A DNA stretch of 63,856 nt, the filler included, from Reticulomyxa filosa (lineage: Eukaryota > Protista > Foraminifera): the NCBI GenBank assembly GCA_000512085.1. It is 20 parts of 20 records of this genome, joined end to end, with 100 filler letters (N's around TTAATTAATTAA, not from the genome) between each part and the next. Parts side by side here need not be neighbours in the genome. Positions count along the whole stretch, not along the records: positions 24,329 to 25,824 come from ASPP01007727.1; positions 25,925 to 27,175 come from ASPP01002769.1; positions 27,276 to 28,884 come from ASPP01008672.1; positions 28,985 to 30,535 come from ASPP01001188.1; positions 30,636 to 33,468 come from ASPP01019295.1; positions 33,569 to 35,608 come from ASPP01015177.1; positions 35,709 to 36,761 come from ASPP01026674.1; positions 36,862 to 38,546 come from ASPP01039139.1; 12 more parts are not named here. One strand, given 5' to 3'. The position numbers and the translations under genes were made by a program. Positions 25,807-39,175 of the stretch are shown one piece after another; the first letter of the stretch is position 1, and each line of letters starts with the position of its first letter. The notes under the pieces are model-generated. The model was not told the origin of the DNA. It made no database searches and worked only from the letters and a program-made list of their open reading frames with translations.

Positions 25807-27769
25807 ATTCCGGGTTTTTAAAAANNNNNNNNNNNNNNNNNNNNNNNNNNNNNNNNNNNNNNNNNNNNTTAATTAATTAANNNNNNNNNNNNNNNNNNNN
25901 NNNNNNNNNNNNNNNNNNNNNNNNATTACTTAGCATATTTGATAATAATTTTGTTAAAATCATTAATCCATCTTAAATTTATCTTTACAATTCGAATTCA
26001 ATGTCGAATAACAAATTTTATTTCGTTTTTTGGCTGTTAATTGTTTTTTAAATAGTTTTATACAATAAAATTCATTTGTGTGTTTAATTACAAAAGAAAG
26101 CTTACCTGTATATGATCTATCAATTCACTCAATCTTATTTTTATGTTTGTCGATGTAATATCTTCACTCAATGATATATGTATGATTGTTATCCTCATTC
26201 AATATCCCAAAGCAATTACACAATGGAATAGGCAATATATCTTTAAATGTAGTTCATTTTTTTTCTGTATTGAATACTTGTGCGCTGACTTTGAAATAAC
26301 ACTACAATCCCAATTACGCCCCCAAAGAACATGATGATATCATTGATACACACATATGCATAGAATGGTTCAACATTATGACAAATAGGTAGTTTATGAA
26401 ATTGAAAAGTCTTGTTATCTCATCATATTCGATTGATAACCATGTTTTTCTACAAAACAACAGCATTTGATAATTTTGTTTATTTTCTTGTTTATTTGTT
26501 TTCGTCATTCCTTGCTCTTGTCCATTTTTTTGGCTTTAATACAAAGCAATGATATTATGTCCGATTATTAGTTGGTAAAGTATGATGTTTAATAAATTAT
26601 TTAAATCAAACACATCAATATCACTAGAATAAGTGATTGTTTTTTCCACCAATGACTGTACGCATCCCTCGATATTTATCTCGCTATCTTCTAATGATAA
26701 TTGGATGATTGTGATTGTATGTGAAAGGGGTCCATTGGTTGTAATTGTTGAATTCATCTGATTTGTTTAATTTTTTTGGCATATTACCCCAAAAACTTAC
26801 ATATTTCATCACCAATGTATGTTTATATTGCTGTGTTTGTTATTATCTACCAAAGTCCGGCTATTAAATTCAAAAGATAGTTGAATAATAAAATATTAGC
26901 TTTGTTATTATATAATGCAATTTTTCATGTTTGAGAAAATACAAATCAACTGATTTGCTCTTTATTTAAATTAAAAAAATTGAATGTGCTGTGTTAAATG
27001 AATTTTTTACTTTATTATGTCAAAATAAATTGTTTTGCTTAACATATATCTAAACTATTGATCCGTCCTAATCTTATCAAACCCAATTTTGAATAATTAT
27101 TTGATAGAAAAAATGTATGTAATTGGAATACTTATATAGAATTTTCATTTCTTTAAATGCTTTAGACTAAGTTAANNNNNNNNNNNNNNNNNNNNNNNNN
27201 NNNNNNNNNNNNNNNNNNNTTAATTAATTAANNNNNNNNNNNNNNNNNNNNNNNNNNNNNNNNNNNNNNNNNNNNTATGTCACAAAAATCTAGATTAAAA
27301 AATCCAACATTTCACAAAACATCGACAAATTTTTTTTCTGCAGAAAAATCCATTGAAAATTTTTCAATTATTTTTTTTTTGATTAATTTTTATGTGCGTT
27401 TTATCATTTTGATTACTAAAGTGGTGTTTGTTTTTTGAAATGTTGAAGCAGAGTTTGTGTTCAGCATATAATGAAGTTTAATAAAATAAATCAAAGTTTA
27501 AAGAAGTAATTGACGTGTTCTGAATTTGAATTTTTTGGTTACAAACATTAATAATTTTAACAGTGTATATCAGATTTTGGTGATTTTTTTTTTTTTTCGA
27601 TGAGAAATTTTTTTTTAAATAATCGGAAAGGCTTAGTGATAAAATAAAGTGTTATAAAAAAAGATGAAAACGCAAAAAAAAGTTAATTTGCACAAAAAAA
27701 CATAAAAAATGAACGCTTGGAGTTAAATTTGTAATTTTGGAAAATGGCCTTCTTTACTTCTTTTGCCTA

Positions 27770-27905
27770 GCTTTTAACCTTGTTGAAATTGACGTGGACA
27801 CATGACAATTAAATCATTGATATGTCGTTGCGTTGATTTGATTTTTGAGTACTGATACCCATTTCAAGCCCTTCATCCCTCTTTTCATCCACTGCTTTAC
27901 TCATG
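27770..27905 (-). pseudogene. Remnant of the RING/TRAF-like zinc-finger family seen at 33087
   Basis: Translates 'KSTQRHINDLIVMCPRQFQQ', matching 'KIARQQVSDLLVICPRRY' in the 33087 ORF. Flanked by stops. Confidence 0.5.
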
Positions 27906-28984
27906 CCTGACACTCTTTAGTTTGCTTGATCCCTTTAATTAGTTTGAGGATTGTTACGCTATTCAAAAAATTTCGAACAAAGTTTTTTTAACGGGTTTTT
28001 TTACGTGTTTAATCAAAATTTGTTATGCCTATATTTAACACAAAACAAAACAAATCGTGAGATGCTAGAATTTGAAGTGAAAAATCTATTGACATATTTT
28101 CTGAAATATATATAACACATCTCCAACTCAATCTCAATAACTATTATCAAAACAATAACGAATAAATCAATCAAGGTTCTTTTTTCTCTCAAATGAATGT
28201 ATTTATTGAATTAACCTACTTTCAACACAATCGACCGGGTGAAACAAAACAAGTTTTTTTTTTTTTTTTGGTATTAAAAAACAGCGCTTTGACATAGACC
28301 AGAAGCGCAAGACAATTGTGGTGACTATTACTACTAACCAATGTTTCAAAAACGAATGAAAAGTCTTGGCACGTTGTTCATCCCCTGGAGCATGAATAGC
28401 AACGGCACGTCATCTGTCTCCAGCGCAAAGCGGTCAGTTCTGTCTAACCAAGATGCAAGCGTGCTAATGTCACCAAGTCGTTCTGTCCCTCGTTCGACTT
28501 TACTTCCTGTTGTATCTCCTCAACAGAACAGTTTATTTTTTTTGAAAAAAAAAAAAAACAAGAAAAATTTGAAGTTTGGACCAAATTGCACTTTATTATA
28601 AAAAAAAAAAAAAAAAAAGAACTAAAGCATACCCGTAGTCTACCATTGTATGAAAGTGAGAATGGCAAGTATGCATTGAAACAAGGAGTAAAAAAAGACA
28701 GCAATGATTGGATCGATGGCAGCAGTATGAAGTTATCTTTTTCGTTATCGTCATCGTCTTTACCATTACGTAGCGACCATGGGCACATGACAAGGGACCA
28801 CAAACAAGAAAGCGATGACGATAGCATTGGCAATTATCAAATTGATGATAATGATAATGATGATGATGATGATGATGATGATGANNNNNNNNNNNNNNNN
28901 NNNNNNNNNNNNNNNNNNNNNNNNNNNNTTAATTAATTAANNNNNNNNNNNNNNNNNNNNNNNNNNNNNNNNNNNNNNNNNNNN

Positions 28985-30254
28985 ATGCAATGTTATGCCT
29001 AGCCCTTTGGCAAACCTACTTTTACTTAAGAAGCACAGACCCCGACAGGTCGTTTGTTTGGCTGATACTGTCGCTAATATCGGCGACGTTTGTAATAGTC
29101 CCCTGGGGACTGAACGTGCAACAAACGCTGAAGATTGACCGGCAATTGCAAAGCTATGCGCCATATAACAAGCATGCGATGAACATATTCCACTCGAGGA
29201 TTTGGACGATAGCGATGCTGGCGGTGCTGAGTGGGGATCTGTACTCCACCGTCGGGCTGATGAACTGTCGACTTCTCGGCTTGGACTTTTTTTATTTGGG
29301 ATTGACGTTGGAAGAGACTCGCAAGTTTGTCAACTTTCGAATGTGGACCAACACATTTGTGCAGAACTTGCCGCAGTTGGGCTTGCAAGTGGTCATTCTG
29401 GCGCTTTCGCAAAACGAAAGCCATGTGAACGTGAATATGGGCGTGTATGTGTCCTTGTCGACTAGTGTGCTGTCCATGACGTCGGCGTTGCTGGCCTTTT
29501 GGCTGTATCAAAGGGCTGCGTTTCGCAAGTATTCGTTTGAACTCGTTATCGAGTTGAATTTGAAAGGCATTCCCGATCACAGCCAACGTGAGGCCTTGCG
29601 CTTGGAGTTAAAAGAAAAGACTCACTGCTTTCGATCCATTTCGCGGCCTTTGGCCAATTACTTTGAAAATACCCACGATCGACAAGTGCAATTTGGCAAT
29701 ATCAACGTCGTTCACAACAAAATCATCATTTACGGCAACATCTTGTGGCCGAACGAAAAACAACAACGACGACAACAGCAGGAACTACTACAAAAACAAA
29801 AACAAAAACAGCGACAACAACATCATTGGAGGAAACGCAAGGACGCCACCTCCAACAATACTAGTGGTTATCTTTTACTTAATGGAAGTGATAATGACGA
29901 TAATGACCAAGCTACCGTGAAGAGCTCCGTGTCTACATTGACTCCTGCCTCCAAGTTTGTCACCTGTACACATACATATACATATGTACATGTATATGTA
30001 TAATATTTTTATGTCTATTGTAAATGTACATGAACAGAGAAATGCTACAAACTATTGACGTTCAAAAAGCATGCAACGAACTTCTTTTGCATGGATTCAA
30101 AATGGAGAAAAACTACGGAGAGTACTTCCGTTCTCGCCAAATTTCGTTCAAATCCGAGTGGAAAATTTTTGAGTTCGATTCTTCATATAAACCCAAAGTT
30201 GAGTTCGAATTGCTTCCTCTGCGTAACAGCGGTGTGCAAGAACTGGATATTTAA
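28985..30254 (+). CDS. Multi-pass membrane protein, 5'-truncated, two exons visible
   Basis: Several hydrophobic helices and 'FVQNLPQLGLQV' (resembles the E/N-x-PQL-x-LQ motif of XK-related-like proteins). TA-rich intron at ~29956-30037. Confidence 0.6.
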
Positions 30255-31319
30255 TCGTTCTTTCTAATTAATTGCTGTCAATACGTACTTTAAATCATAT
30301 GTGCAAACGCTTTTTTTTTTACCCTTTGAATTTTGTGCAAAATGAAATATTTTGTTTCCAAGTTCGTGTTTTTTTTTATCACAATACAGATTCGTAACAA
30401 AATAAAAAATTATTCACTTTTCTCAGCTCTTTTCACTTTCTATTATCGAATAAAATTTAAAAATATTGTTTTTATCAATGGACGGATTTGCAAAAATGAT
30501 AGCGATGAGTCATATCTCTTAGTGGATTTCAAAATNNNNNNNNNNNNNNNNNNNNNNNNNNNNNNNNNNNNNNNNNNNNTTAATTAATTAANNNNNNNNN
30601 NNNNNNNNNNNNNNNNNNNNNNNNNNNNNNNNNNNGCATTAAGATTTTATTAGACGTAAGATGAAACTATTTAAACTTTTTCCTCTAGAGCCAGAATAAA
30701 TTATAGATTGCATATTTTTTATGTTGACTTAGCTTAGCAAAGGATGTGGTGTTTTATACCGTTAGAATGGAGTCGCAATGATTTTAATGCTATTATTTTT
30801 TATTTAGATCGCAATCATTTTTTCTTTTAAAAAAAAATTTTCAGTCCTGCCGCTCGTCATTTTTGCACCAAAATCATCAATTTTTTTCTTCTACTTCTTT
30901 TTTATAATAACGAATTCCAAAAGCAAAAGGAAAAGAACATATATTCATCGAGGTGCTTATATGTGAATAAAAATTCTTCGAACACTTGGTAATTTGCCAG
31001 CAATAATTTGTTCAGAGAACATCCAAAATCCGCTAATTTTTCGAAAGCAAATTTTTTTTCATGCAAAAAATCTTATTGAAAACTTTGTTTTTATTTTTTG
31101 TCCCTTGTGATTCAAATTTGTTTGATCCTTCCAAGTCATACGATTCTGTGTGGTAAATTATGTCAAAACTGCGAACGTTATGCACGAGAAAAGAATTTTG
31201 TCGTATGTAGTTGATTTTAAAACGACAAAACTCGCAAAAAAACGCCAAAAGTGCTAAAGTTGAACTCAGGGAGAAGTTTGACATACACACATTGAAAAAA
31301 AACAAATAATCTGATAAAC

Positions 31320-32538
31320 TTGCAAAAAATGTCTAAAAAACCTTGTTCAAACGCGCAACTGCAATCCATTACGTTTGCATTCGAAACAGCCGGAAATAAA
31401 ACTTGGCGTAACAATCTGAAAAAGAAAATAGAAAAATGGCATGGAAGTGCAGAGAATAATGCTAAAAAAATGTGTGATTTGGAAGAGGATAGCACTAATA
31501 AAACCAATTATTTTCTTGATGTTTTGGATGGCCTTGAAGATGCGATGAAAGAGAATGAAATGAATGAAGCGGATCTGCAAGAGACAAACAAGCATTTGTT
31601 TGAATGTGTGAAAAGATACAACGGTTCAAGAAGCAGACGCGACATAGAAGAGATTTGCTATGAACTGTCAGCAGTGGAATTTTTCCTAATGGAGAGGCAA
31701 CTCTACTATTGTGATGAATATATAGAGAAAGTGAAATCACAGTGCAAAAAAAAAAAGACAAAAAATGATGACGCGATTTCGCAATTAATCCTAAGGTCGG
31801 AAAACTCATTTGAAGCATGCAAAAGAAAATATTTGACTCTTTTCATGTTTATGTCTCATTGTTTTGAGAAGGACAGTAATAGGCAGCCAATGCAATTTTC
31901 CCAGTTGGTAAGAGACGTCAAAGACTCGAACTATAAGAATATTAGGACTGATGGATTTGAAATCAGTTTGAATATCATTCCATTCGAACCTGATGAACAT
32001 ATTCTTTGGGATGGTGTTCTGTCATATTTGAGTTTTACATTACACGAGTTGCTCAAAACGGTTGGCATTTCGGAACGTGACTTCCAAAATCAGACCAAAC
32101 CAAGTGTGTTTGATGGCATGTGTGATGCGTTAGACTCAGCATTGCAGGATGAAACATGCAACTACATTTGACACTGGAGACGTGTCTTTGCAAAAAACAA
32201 ACAAAAAAAAAGGTGTTGAATCTGCAAAGAAAGAAATCATCACACTAATGGATAAATGGACACAAATTCAACAATCGTTAAAAGGATGCAAAATGCTGGA
32301 AACAATGTTTGTGATTCATAAAGATGTTGACATAATGTCCAATCTTGTCAAGGAGTGCAAGACCATTTGTGAAACATTGGACAATACAGAACTGAATTCC
32401 CTAAAAATTCGCTTCATTCAGGCGCTTTGTTATGAGTTAATATTTCATTTGAAATGTGCGGAAAAAGTCGCAAACCAAGTGATTCAGAGACATCGAAATT
32501 TCCCCTCAAGGTTTGAACAAAAAATGTATCGTTTTTAA
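31320..32538 (+). pseudogene. Helical hypothetical protein, frameshifted
   Basis: ORFs 31320-32171 and 32149-32538 overlap with a frame change. Further broken frames downstream. Confidence 0.45.
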
Positions 32539-33083
32539 AATTATATATCGGCATTTGAAATGCTATGGATAATGGAGTTGCGTTTTCCTCTGCAACATTT
32601 CCGATAGTCGGAAAATCCAATTTTGTTTTTGATCAAATGTTTCTTTTGTCCCCGTTTTTAAAATTAGAAATAAATTTAAAAATTGTTCAATCTTCCAATT
32701 ATTCACGAATCAAGTAAGGAAATTTCTCATGAATACTCAAAAGCAAAAAAAAAACTTACTTTCTGATGTAAAAATCCTCACCCCCCTTTTTGCATAAAAA
32801 TGATCTAACTTGCTGTGCTTTCTTCTTGTTTGTTTTTTCCCTCCACTCACTAATCCTGACAAGATTAAGCAAGAGATTTATCTAACAAAGTGTTGAAAAA
32901 AGAAATCCATTTTTTGTGATCATTTTCATTGATTTTGTCTAAATAAAAAAAAACCAATAAAATAATCAAATATGCTATCAAGTGAGGTCAAAAAAACTAG
33001 CCGTTCCATAAAGGGTAAATTCCTCCGTTTTTTAAAAAAAAAAAATTTTAGGAACGAACTCTGCATTATAATAAAAAAGCTAA

Positions 33084-33468
33084 TGCTTGCCTTGGATGAA
33101 GGAGAAGAAAAGAAGCCAGAAAATGAGAGAGAAATATTTTCCAGTTCTGGATGTTATAACAAAAGCTGGGGTTTTATTGACCAACGAGCCACAGAAGCTG
33201 AACAAATTAATCTGTTGTCTTTGCGGTCAAATTGCAAACAATGCAGTAGAATTGCGTTGTGATGAGCATGAAAATGGAGAGCAAACGTGTTTGGCTGGAG
33301 AGGAATGTTTGCAAATATATTTAAAGCAAAACAATGGAAAATGTCCAATTGGACAACACAATGATTGCGAATTCTCAAAAGGTAAAATTGCAAGACAACA
33401 AGTATCAGATTTATTGGTAATCTGCCCTCGGCGATATGGTTTGCAAAATGAACAACCGAGTGAAGGGA
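33084..33468 (+). CDS. RING/TRAF-like zinc-finger protein (lineage-expanded family), 3'-truncated
   Basis: 'LICCLCGQIANNAVELRCDEH...GEECLQIYLKQNNGKCPIGQHNDCEF...ICPR'. Frameshift near 33170 joins 'CYNKSW' to 'VLLTNEP'. Confidence 0.65.
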
Positions 33469-33589
33469 NNNNNNNNNNNNNNNNNNNNNNNNNNNNNNNN
33501 NNNNNNNNNNNNTTAATTAATTAANNNNNNNNNNNNNNNNNNNNNNNNNNNNNNNNNNNNNNNNNNNNAAAAAAAAAAAAAAAAAAAAG

Positions 33590-35549
33590 ACCCCTTTTTT
33601 GTATTTGCATCAATCCGACTTGCTTCATCAATGGTGCCAGTTATTATGTTTATGTCAACATGTAAGCACCGTTCATCGTGAAGTTGGGCATTATGTTTGC
33701 ACATCATCACCGGTTTGGGAGCAATTTGTGGACGAGCGGAACTACTTTGGATTGATAACCTGCGATGTGACGTCGGTGATATGCGAGCTGTTGTTGTTTT
33801 CGTCAACGGCAGTGGAAGTGAAGCAACAAATTTCGCGCGTGTTGGTGAAGGTGATTGCACAGGCGTTGCAGATGATAAACTGGAAGCCGTGGAAGCGATT
33901 GATTTTGAAGCCAGCCACAACAGTGATGACAACCCAAGCAAAGACAAGCGACGAAAAGTATGAGAATACGTATGGAAACGATATATATGTGAACGATAGC
34001 GACGACGTAGTAACAACAGTGCAAACAAAGATAGAGTCGACTGATCTGAATATAAGTAAAGCAAATGCAATAACAATGGAACAGACACAGACAAAGACAA
34101 AGACAAAGACAGATGATGATCAAGCAGGAGACAAACGAAAGACGACGAAACAAGAGAAACACAAACCAAAGGTGACACTGAAAACATTTGAGACAACACA
34201 CAACAAAGAAAAAGATGGAGAACAAGTGCTGACAATAAACTTGTTTCGATCCGACAGAGATCGGGTGTCTTTGTGTCTGCCCTTGTCGCGGTTCATTGTT
34301 CACTTCGTGGCCATGTATTGCCAGAGCTGCGGACAAACGTTTGCCGACGTGGTGGCCCATATCAAATGCCAAAGGGACGACGACAACGACAACAACAATA
34401 ACGACGACAACGATGATCAAAAGGAGAGAGAAAGCGACATCAACGAAGCGATGAAACAAAACAGATGGGAGAAAACTGTGGACAAACTGGTCGGCGTGTA
34501 CACCGACCAATTCATGCAAATCATGTCGTTTGTGTCCCAAGTGAACTCTGGACTGTGGGATGTGCATCACCAAAATCCATCCGCGATGATCTCCAACTAC
34601 ATCAACGGAGGCTCAATTTCACGACTCAAACAGGTCGACTTTGGAGGCTTGTGTCAAGTATTGGAATACGTCAAGCCAGCCCATTTCATTACTAAATTGA
34701 TTTATTTTTTTCAATTGCATGATTGGTATCATATATATATATATATATGTATATACAATATACATATATATACATATATATATATATATATATTAATAAA
34801 GGTTTGCGGCTGATTCGGTGGTAACAATCAAAAGTGAAGAACAAGAATTAAGTGACAACTTTGAATCAGGCTGGATGCATTGGTGCAATAGCGCACAAAC
34901 ACTACGACTCAGTGAGGAGCTATTCCTCATACTGATCCAATTCATATCGGAGCCCAAATTTCGCATTTGTCACAACACGTTTTCAAAGTATTATTGCCAA
35001 CACAACCTCGTCGATGAAGACGCACGATGGCTCGAGTATGAGATAATCCACTTGTTGGCATGTCAAAGTTTCAGCATTAGCGAGCTGTGCGTACTCTCTG
35101 GCATGCCTTTGGAACAAGAATGGGAACAAATGGATTTCACTCACATTTTGCAACGCGTTGCCATTCGCGAACCACCACAAGACGCAACACCTACCAAGTT
35201 TCGTCTCAAAGATGAATACTTTGCTCTTGTCAATCCTTATTTCCTAAAGTATTCCCAACGCGATCGTCAGCGTGTGGTCAGTGCTATTCTTGTCGCCATA
35301 CAACACTGTCCTCCTTCTCCGCCGTCGCTGTCTGACCAAACCGACTCAAACGCAGGCCATTACAAACTGTCCCGTCGACAATGGCCAACTGTCGAGTATA
35401 GCGATGAACGCAGACTCGCTTTGCTGGGCACATCGTGGATGGCCGTTATGTGGACTTGCACCTTGCATCATGCCTTTGTCAATGATACCACAAGATTCAC
35501 TTCCAGTTTGTTTGTCCGTTGTTTACGACTTGTTGCCTTGGCCGTCGAG
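33590..35549 (+). CDS. UBR1/UBR2/PRT6-like N-recognin E3 ubiquitin ligase, internal fragment
   Basis: 'VSLCLPLSRF', 'EYEIIHLLACQSFSISEL', 'ILQRVAIREPP..TKFRLKDEYFALVNPYFLKYS' match conserved UBR1-family blocks. (TA)n intron at ~34727-34801. Confidence 0.75.
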
Positions 35550-35773
35550 GTATTAATATATTCAATATAATATATACATATACATATATGTATATATATA
35601 TATATATANNNNNNNNNNNNNNNNNNNNNNNNNNNNNNNNNNNNNNNNNNNNTTAATTAATTAANNNNNNNNNNNNNNNNNNNNNNNNNNNNNNNNNNNN
35701 NNNNNNNNTTTTTTTTTTGTGGTGTCCCCCCCCCCCCTTCTTTCTTTCTACTCAACACAACAAACAAGGTTAC

Positions 35774-36523
35774 CTGATGGAAATCGAAGACAATGTGTGC
35801 TCGATCGGATATTTTCAAATTTTCTTGGTTGACTTTGATGTTACTGTTCAATAACATTTGCATCTCTTCCAACAATGTCGGCACATGAATAATAACACCA
35901 TTTCCGATCACGTTCATTACTTTTGGGTTCAATATGCCACTTGGCAGTAAATGCATTGCATATTTTTTCTTATCGACTACGAGGGTGTGACCTGCATTTG
36001 AACCTCCGTTGAAACGTCCGCAAATATCATACCTTCAATTTTTTTTTTTTTTTAATGTTATGTGTTTTATTGTTTTATGTTGTGCTGTGTTGTATTTTGT
36101 ACTAGTTCTTCTTCTTTCCCTTTCTATCCCTAACATTCCCTCTCCTCCTTTTTTTCTCTCTCGTTATCGGAAACAGTTTCATGTTGTTGTGTACTTATTT
36201 CATTACGTTTAAAAAAAATCACTCAAATAACAATTTGAAAACAATACACAAAAATGACTTACTTTGATGCCAAAATGTCCACCAACTTGCCTTTTCCTTC
36301 GTCACCCCATTGTGCTCCCAACACAACAGTTACCTTGTCCAATGTGTGTTTTGTGTGTCAAATGGATCCATTGCTTGTTTCAATTGTCTTTTCAAAGCAA
36401 AAGAAAAAAAAAAATATCATGGATTATATTATTTACTTGTTCGTTGAGACCATTTGAAAAACGTCTAAGAGGACAAAAATGATGTGGTCTTAATCGACCA
36501 AAGGGCTTCAAATTGCTGAGCAT
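35774..36523 (-). CDS. ADSS: Adenylosuccinate synthetase, 5' part (3 exons) with N-terminal extension
   Basis: Exons 36523-36437, 36333-36263 and 36032-35774 splice in phase to '[65 protein letters not shown]'. Confidence 0.93.
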
Positions 36524-36861
36524 CTGTTGTGCAACTAAAAAATCGGCTTCAGTCTTTTAAGTCCCTTTCTGTCAACGTGAAAGCTTGCTTTACTTTTTCA
36601 CTGGCTCAATTCTTTGAGCTGTAGGAGTGTTATGTTACTTGTTAGCAATTTACATTTAAAAGCTGTAAACCACAAACATGACTCTATCTGAAAGCTGTAG
36701 TTTAGTTGCTGCAGATATTTTTAATTGGAATATTTCAACCCAAAACTATGACATATTTTGTNNNNNNNNNNNNNNNNNNNNNNNNNNNNNNNNNNNNNNN
36801 NNNNNTTAATTAATTAANNNNNNNNNNNNNNNNNNNNNNNNNNNNNNNNNNNNNNNNNNNN

Positions 36862-37198
36862 AACCAATTGCGGCCATAATAAATTGACGATCATGTGAGA
36901 ATTCCACATTATTTAAATAATATAAGGTTGCTTCTGAAACTTCAGTTCCTACTCCAAACTCCATATCATGCCACAAATCAAATGCTTTATCAGGATCAGA
37001 AATAGCATAAGTTAATTGTTCACCTTCGTATGAATAAGGCTCTTGTGAGAATTTAATTTTTCTTAATTTATTATCAAATACTCCAGTCAAAAAATTTCTA
37101 AAATATGCAACTATTTGTTTTTTATCTCTGGTAAATTTTACATTAACAATACCTCCAGGATAATGATAAGAGAATGGAAGTTGTTTGAAATATTTGGC
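36862..37198 (-). CDS. Exon of a hypothetical protein, truncated by contig end
   Basis: Open frame after an AG acceptor: 'AKYFKQLPFSYHYPGGIVNVKF...AFDLWHDMEFGVGTEVSEATLYYL'. Confidence 0.4.
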
Positions 37199-38258
37199 CT
37201 ATTTATTTGATTGTATTTTATTTGAATACACGATGTACATACACATAAAAAATATACAAAACATATGGTATAATCATTTTATTTAAATCGGTGACCCATT
37301 TATTTTGAATACACGAAGATCGAATCCAAAAATTTAAAATGAAAGTGACCTCTTGGCTACACTGTTTATTTATGTTTACAAAGATTAGTTATTATAAAAT
37401 TAGGGTTCATAAGTCAAAAATACACAAAGCTATTACACTAAGTCCATTCGCTTCACGAACAACTAAAGGTTTATTCCCCACTATTGTAAAAAGTTGGCAA
37501 AGCAATAATGTAAATTAAACTAGTTTTAAAGAGAAGTAAAGCATAACAAAGAAATATTTAACTCATAAAGAAATTTCTAACTATTTTTCTTGTTGAACAA
37601 ATACTCTTTTAAAGTTTCGGGGACAGTTCAAAGCAAACAATTTCACAATATAAAAATCAATACTTTAAATCTTGATTTATATTTAGAAATGTTTTTTTCA
37701 GCAACAAATCTGAAAAATAAGTAATCATAATAAATCATATTCCCGAAACTTTAATCATCTTCCCAATCATAATAAAAAAATAACAAGTATACAAAAAAGA
37801 TTTCATATTTATAAAATTCTGTAAATTATCTTCGTCTTTGCATCAATTATGCACATTTACGCAACACATAACAACATTATGCTCGCTAATTCAATCGTTC
37901 GTTTATGAAATGCAACTGGATAATTTAAAACATATTTGTTGCAAATGACCGAACTAAATAATATTTGACAACAATTAATGTTGTTTAATTTTTTAATTTA
38001 ATTTTGATTCAGATTTGTTGTTTTTATTTCTTTTGTGCTTTGCATTATTTCTTTTGTTTTATCATTTATATTTTCATATGAAGAAAACAATACAATGAAT
38101 TTTTTCTCGTAAAGCGAAATAACTTTCAAAACGAAACAAAACAGATAAGTTGAAACGAAAGATTTGTCTGCAAACAGCAGACATCTAACTAACGATAAGT
38201 AACGTCGATCTTGGCATTTTTCTTGAAACCATGATGAATAAAAAAATTTAAAAACTAC

Positions 38259-38531
38259 AACTAGACCCTTTTTACAAACATTTTGGCTCTGTAAATTATG
38301 AAAAGTAATAGTGATAGAACGAAGAAAAAAAAGAGCATAAACCTGAATATTTTAAGATGTTTACACTTAATGTAATTAATAAAATATTTTTTGGTAATTT
38401 TTCACAAACACAAAAGCTTGCATTTTGTTGTCAAATGATTATTTTAATTGATTTGATAAAATAACTCAATAACCAAAAACACAAAAACAAAATTATGATG
38501 AATTGAAGAGTTTCTTAAAAAGGGTCTAGTT
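38259..38531. mobile_element. MITE-like element with 16-bp terminal inverted repeats
   Basis: AACTAGACCCTTTTTA (38259-38274) and TAAAAAGGGTCTAGTT (38516-38531) flank about 240 bp of non-coding AT-rich DNA. No clear target-site duplication. Confidence 0.5.
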
Positions 38532-38646
38532 CCAGATTTTTTATTTNNNNNNNNNNNNNNNNNNNNNNNNNNNNNNNNNNNNNNNNNNNNTTAATTAATT
38601 AANNNNNNNNNNNNNNNNNNNNNNNNNNNNNNNNNNNNNNNNNNNN

Positions 38647-39144
38647 GAAGAAGAAGAAGAAGAAGAAGAAGAAGAAGAAGAAGAGCAAGAAGAAGAGCAA
38701 GAGGAAGATAGATCAGTGTTGGAAGAGGGAGTATTTGAGGAAGGAGACGAAGAAGAAGAAGAAGAAAAAGATGATGATGATAATGATGTTAATAATGATG
38801 GCAATGCAGAGAAGCAATCAAAGAAAACACAACAAAACGGAAAAAGTATAAATAAACAAAACCATGCAAGGAGGCCAAGCATGGTGCGAGGAGGGTTTTT
38901 TTTAAATGACAATGGAACGGATGTCAAACATGTGTTAGAGGTTGACCACTCCGAACCAAGCGAACAGGAGGACATGACCTCACCTCAATTGTTGCCCATC
39001 CATGATCGAAAACTACATCCCGTTCATTACATACATTCATTCTTTGTGTTTATATTATTTGTATTTGGATTTGTGTTTGTATTTTTGTGTGCATACAAAA
39101 AAAAAAGAAATATATATATGTAGACAGAGCTAAAGTAATCAATA

Positions 39145-39175
<31 letters not shown>

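Noticed and set aside
26140-26760. Possible decayed gene fragment
   Set aside because: Short broken frames with no motif I can assign.
36340-36390. In-frame TGA upstream of the ADSS core (possible stop readthrough or alternative code)
   Set aside because: It falls inside an intron when the acceptor at 36334 is used. Other genes end normally at TGA, TAA or TAG.
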